From assembly GCA_050951325.1 (NCBI GenBank), contig JBMNIW010000001.1, forward strand, positions 192,001 through 256,000: DNA of 64,000 nucleotides, in the 5' to 3' direction. The position numbers and the translations under genes are program-made. This DNA comes from Clostridia bacterium. Its GTDB lineage: Bacteria > Bacillota > Clostridia > UBA1212 > DUPL01. The notes beneath the pieces were generated by a model. It was not told where the DNA came from, did no database searches, and saw nothing but the letters and a program-made list of their open reading frames with translations. Positions 63,513 to 64,000 of the stretch are shown piece by piece. Within the stretch, counting starts at the first letter, position 1. Each line of letters starts with the position of its first letter.

Positions 63513-64000
63513 TGTTTATTGCATAATATAATTCCCCGAAATTGCAAAGCAAAATTCCCCACTTTTGCAACGCAAAACTCCCCATAATTGCAAAAGGCCA
63601 TTGCAGGCACCACACCAATAAATTATCCTTGTGTTTGTGGATAAATACAAGGAGGTAATGGAGGATGCTAACAATGACCCAAGTAAAGAATATCAGAAAA
63701 ATGTATTTTGAGGAAGGGAAAAATATTAGTCAAATTTCCAGTGAAACAGGACATTGCCGGAAAACTGTAAGAGGATATCTAAGCAAAGAGGATTGGAATG
63801 AGGAAATACCAAAAGTAAAAAAGAAAAATAACTTTCCAAAACTTGAGCAATTCAAACCATTAATCGATACATGGCTTTATGAAGATAAGAAAGCCAAACG
63901 AAAACAAAGGCATACTGCCACACACATATATAAACGTTTACAAGAAGAATGTAATGGTTTCAACTGCTCCTATAGAACTGTTGCAAGTTATGTTTCTCAA
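63513..64000 (+). mobile_element. IS21-family element, left end
   Basis: Starts TGTTTATTGCA; three TTGCA-N6/7-AAYTCCCC repeats (63519-63582); istA follows. Confidence 0.85.
63665..64000 (+). CDS. istA: IS21 transposase IstA (partial)
   Basis: Hand translation MLTMTQVKNIRKMYFEEGKNISQIS...RKTVRGYL...RKQRHTATHIYKRLQEE...SYRTV; RBS GGAGG. Confidence 0.9.
   Translation, partial: MLTMTQVKNIRKMYFEEGKNISQISSETGHCRKTVRGYLSKEDWNEEIPKVKKKNNFPKLEQFKPLIDTWLYEDKKAKRKQRHTATHIYKRLQEECNGFNCSYRTVASYVSQ

Larger units (their letters stand above)
58158..64000. mobile_element. Integrative element / genomic island, continues beyond the window
   Basis: tRNA-derived att site, integrase plus excisionase, AT-rich cargo. 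Confidence 0.85.

Noticed and set aside
63513-63613. N-terminus of the 296-aa ORF as genuine protein
   Set aside because: It is encoded by IS21 terminal repeats.
1-64000. CRISPR array or cas genes
   Set aside because: No regularly spaced repeat-spacer series seen. The repeats found are hsdS coding repeats, integrase arm sites and IS ends.

Overview
Low-GC, Clostridia-like chromosomal window, mostly coded on the minus strand. In order: a cell-surface phosphoesterase cluster (PHP lipoprotein, an unannotated 35-aa peptide, a ~1500-aa modular metallophosphoesterase, AraC regulator); a lipase with a possible immunity partner; housekeeping genes (fnlA/capE-like, small alarmone synthetase, uppP, trxB); a Thg1-like plus kinase RNA-repair pair; an unusual feoA-feoB-nicotianamine-synthase-like-LPG-flippase-like-pssA operon with DtxR/MntR-like boxes; an IS200/IS605 element (tnpA+tnpB+omega RNA) joining two truncated genes; tandem serpins; a complete T-box-controlled trpEGDCFBA operon whose TrpG lacks the catalytic Cys; tandem hemerythrins; a type IC restriction-modification locus with signs of hsdS exchange; a metal-stress cluster; and, from ~58158 onward, a tRNA-Ser-targeting integrative element that appears to have landed at a secondary site inside an ABC transporter gene. 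That element carries an XRE / ImmA-IrrE peptidase / PIN-like three-gene module and an IS21. Several single-base frameshifts look like assembly indels. No CRISPR array, rRNA or intact tRNA was seen. All family assignments come from motif recognition by eye, not database searches.
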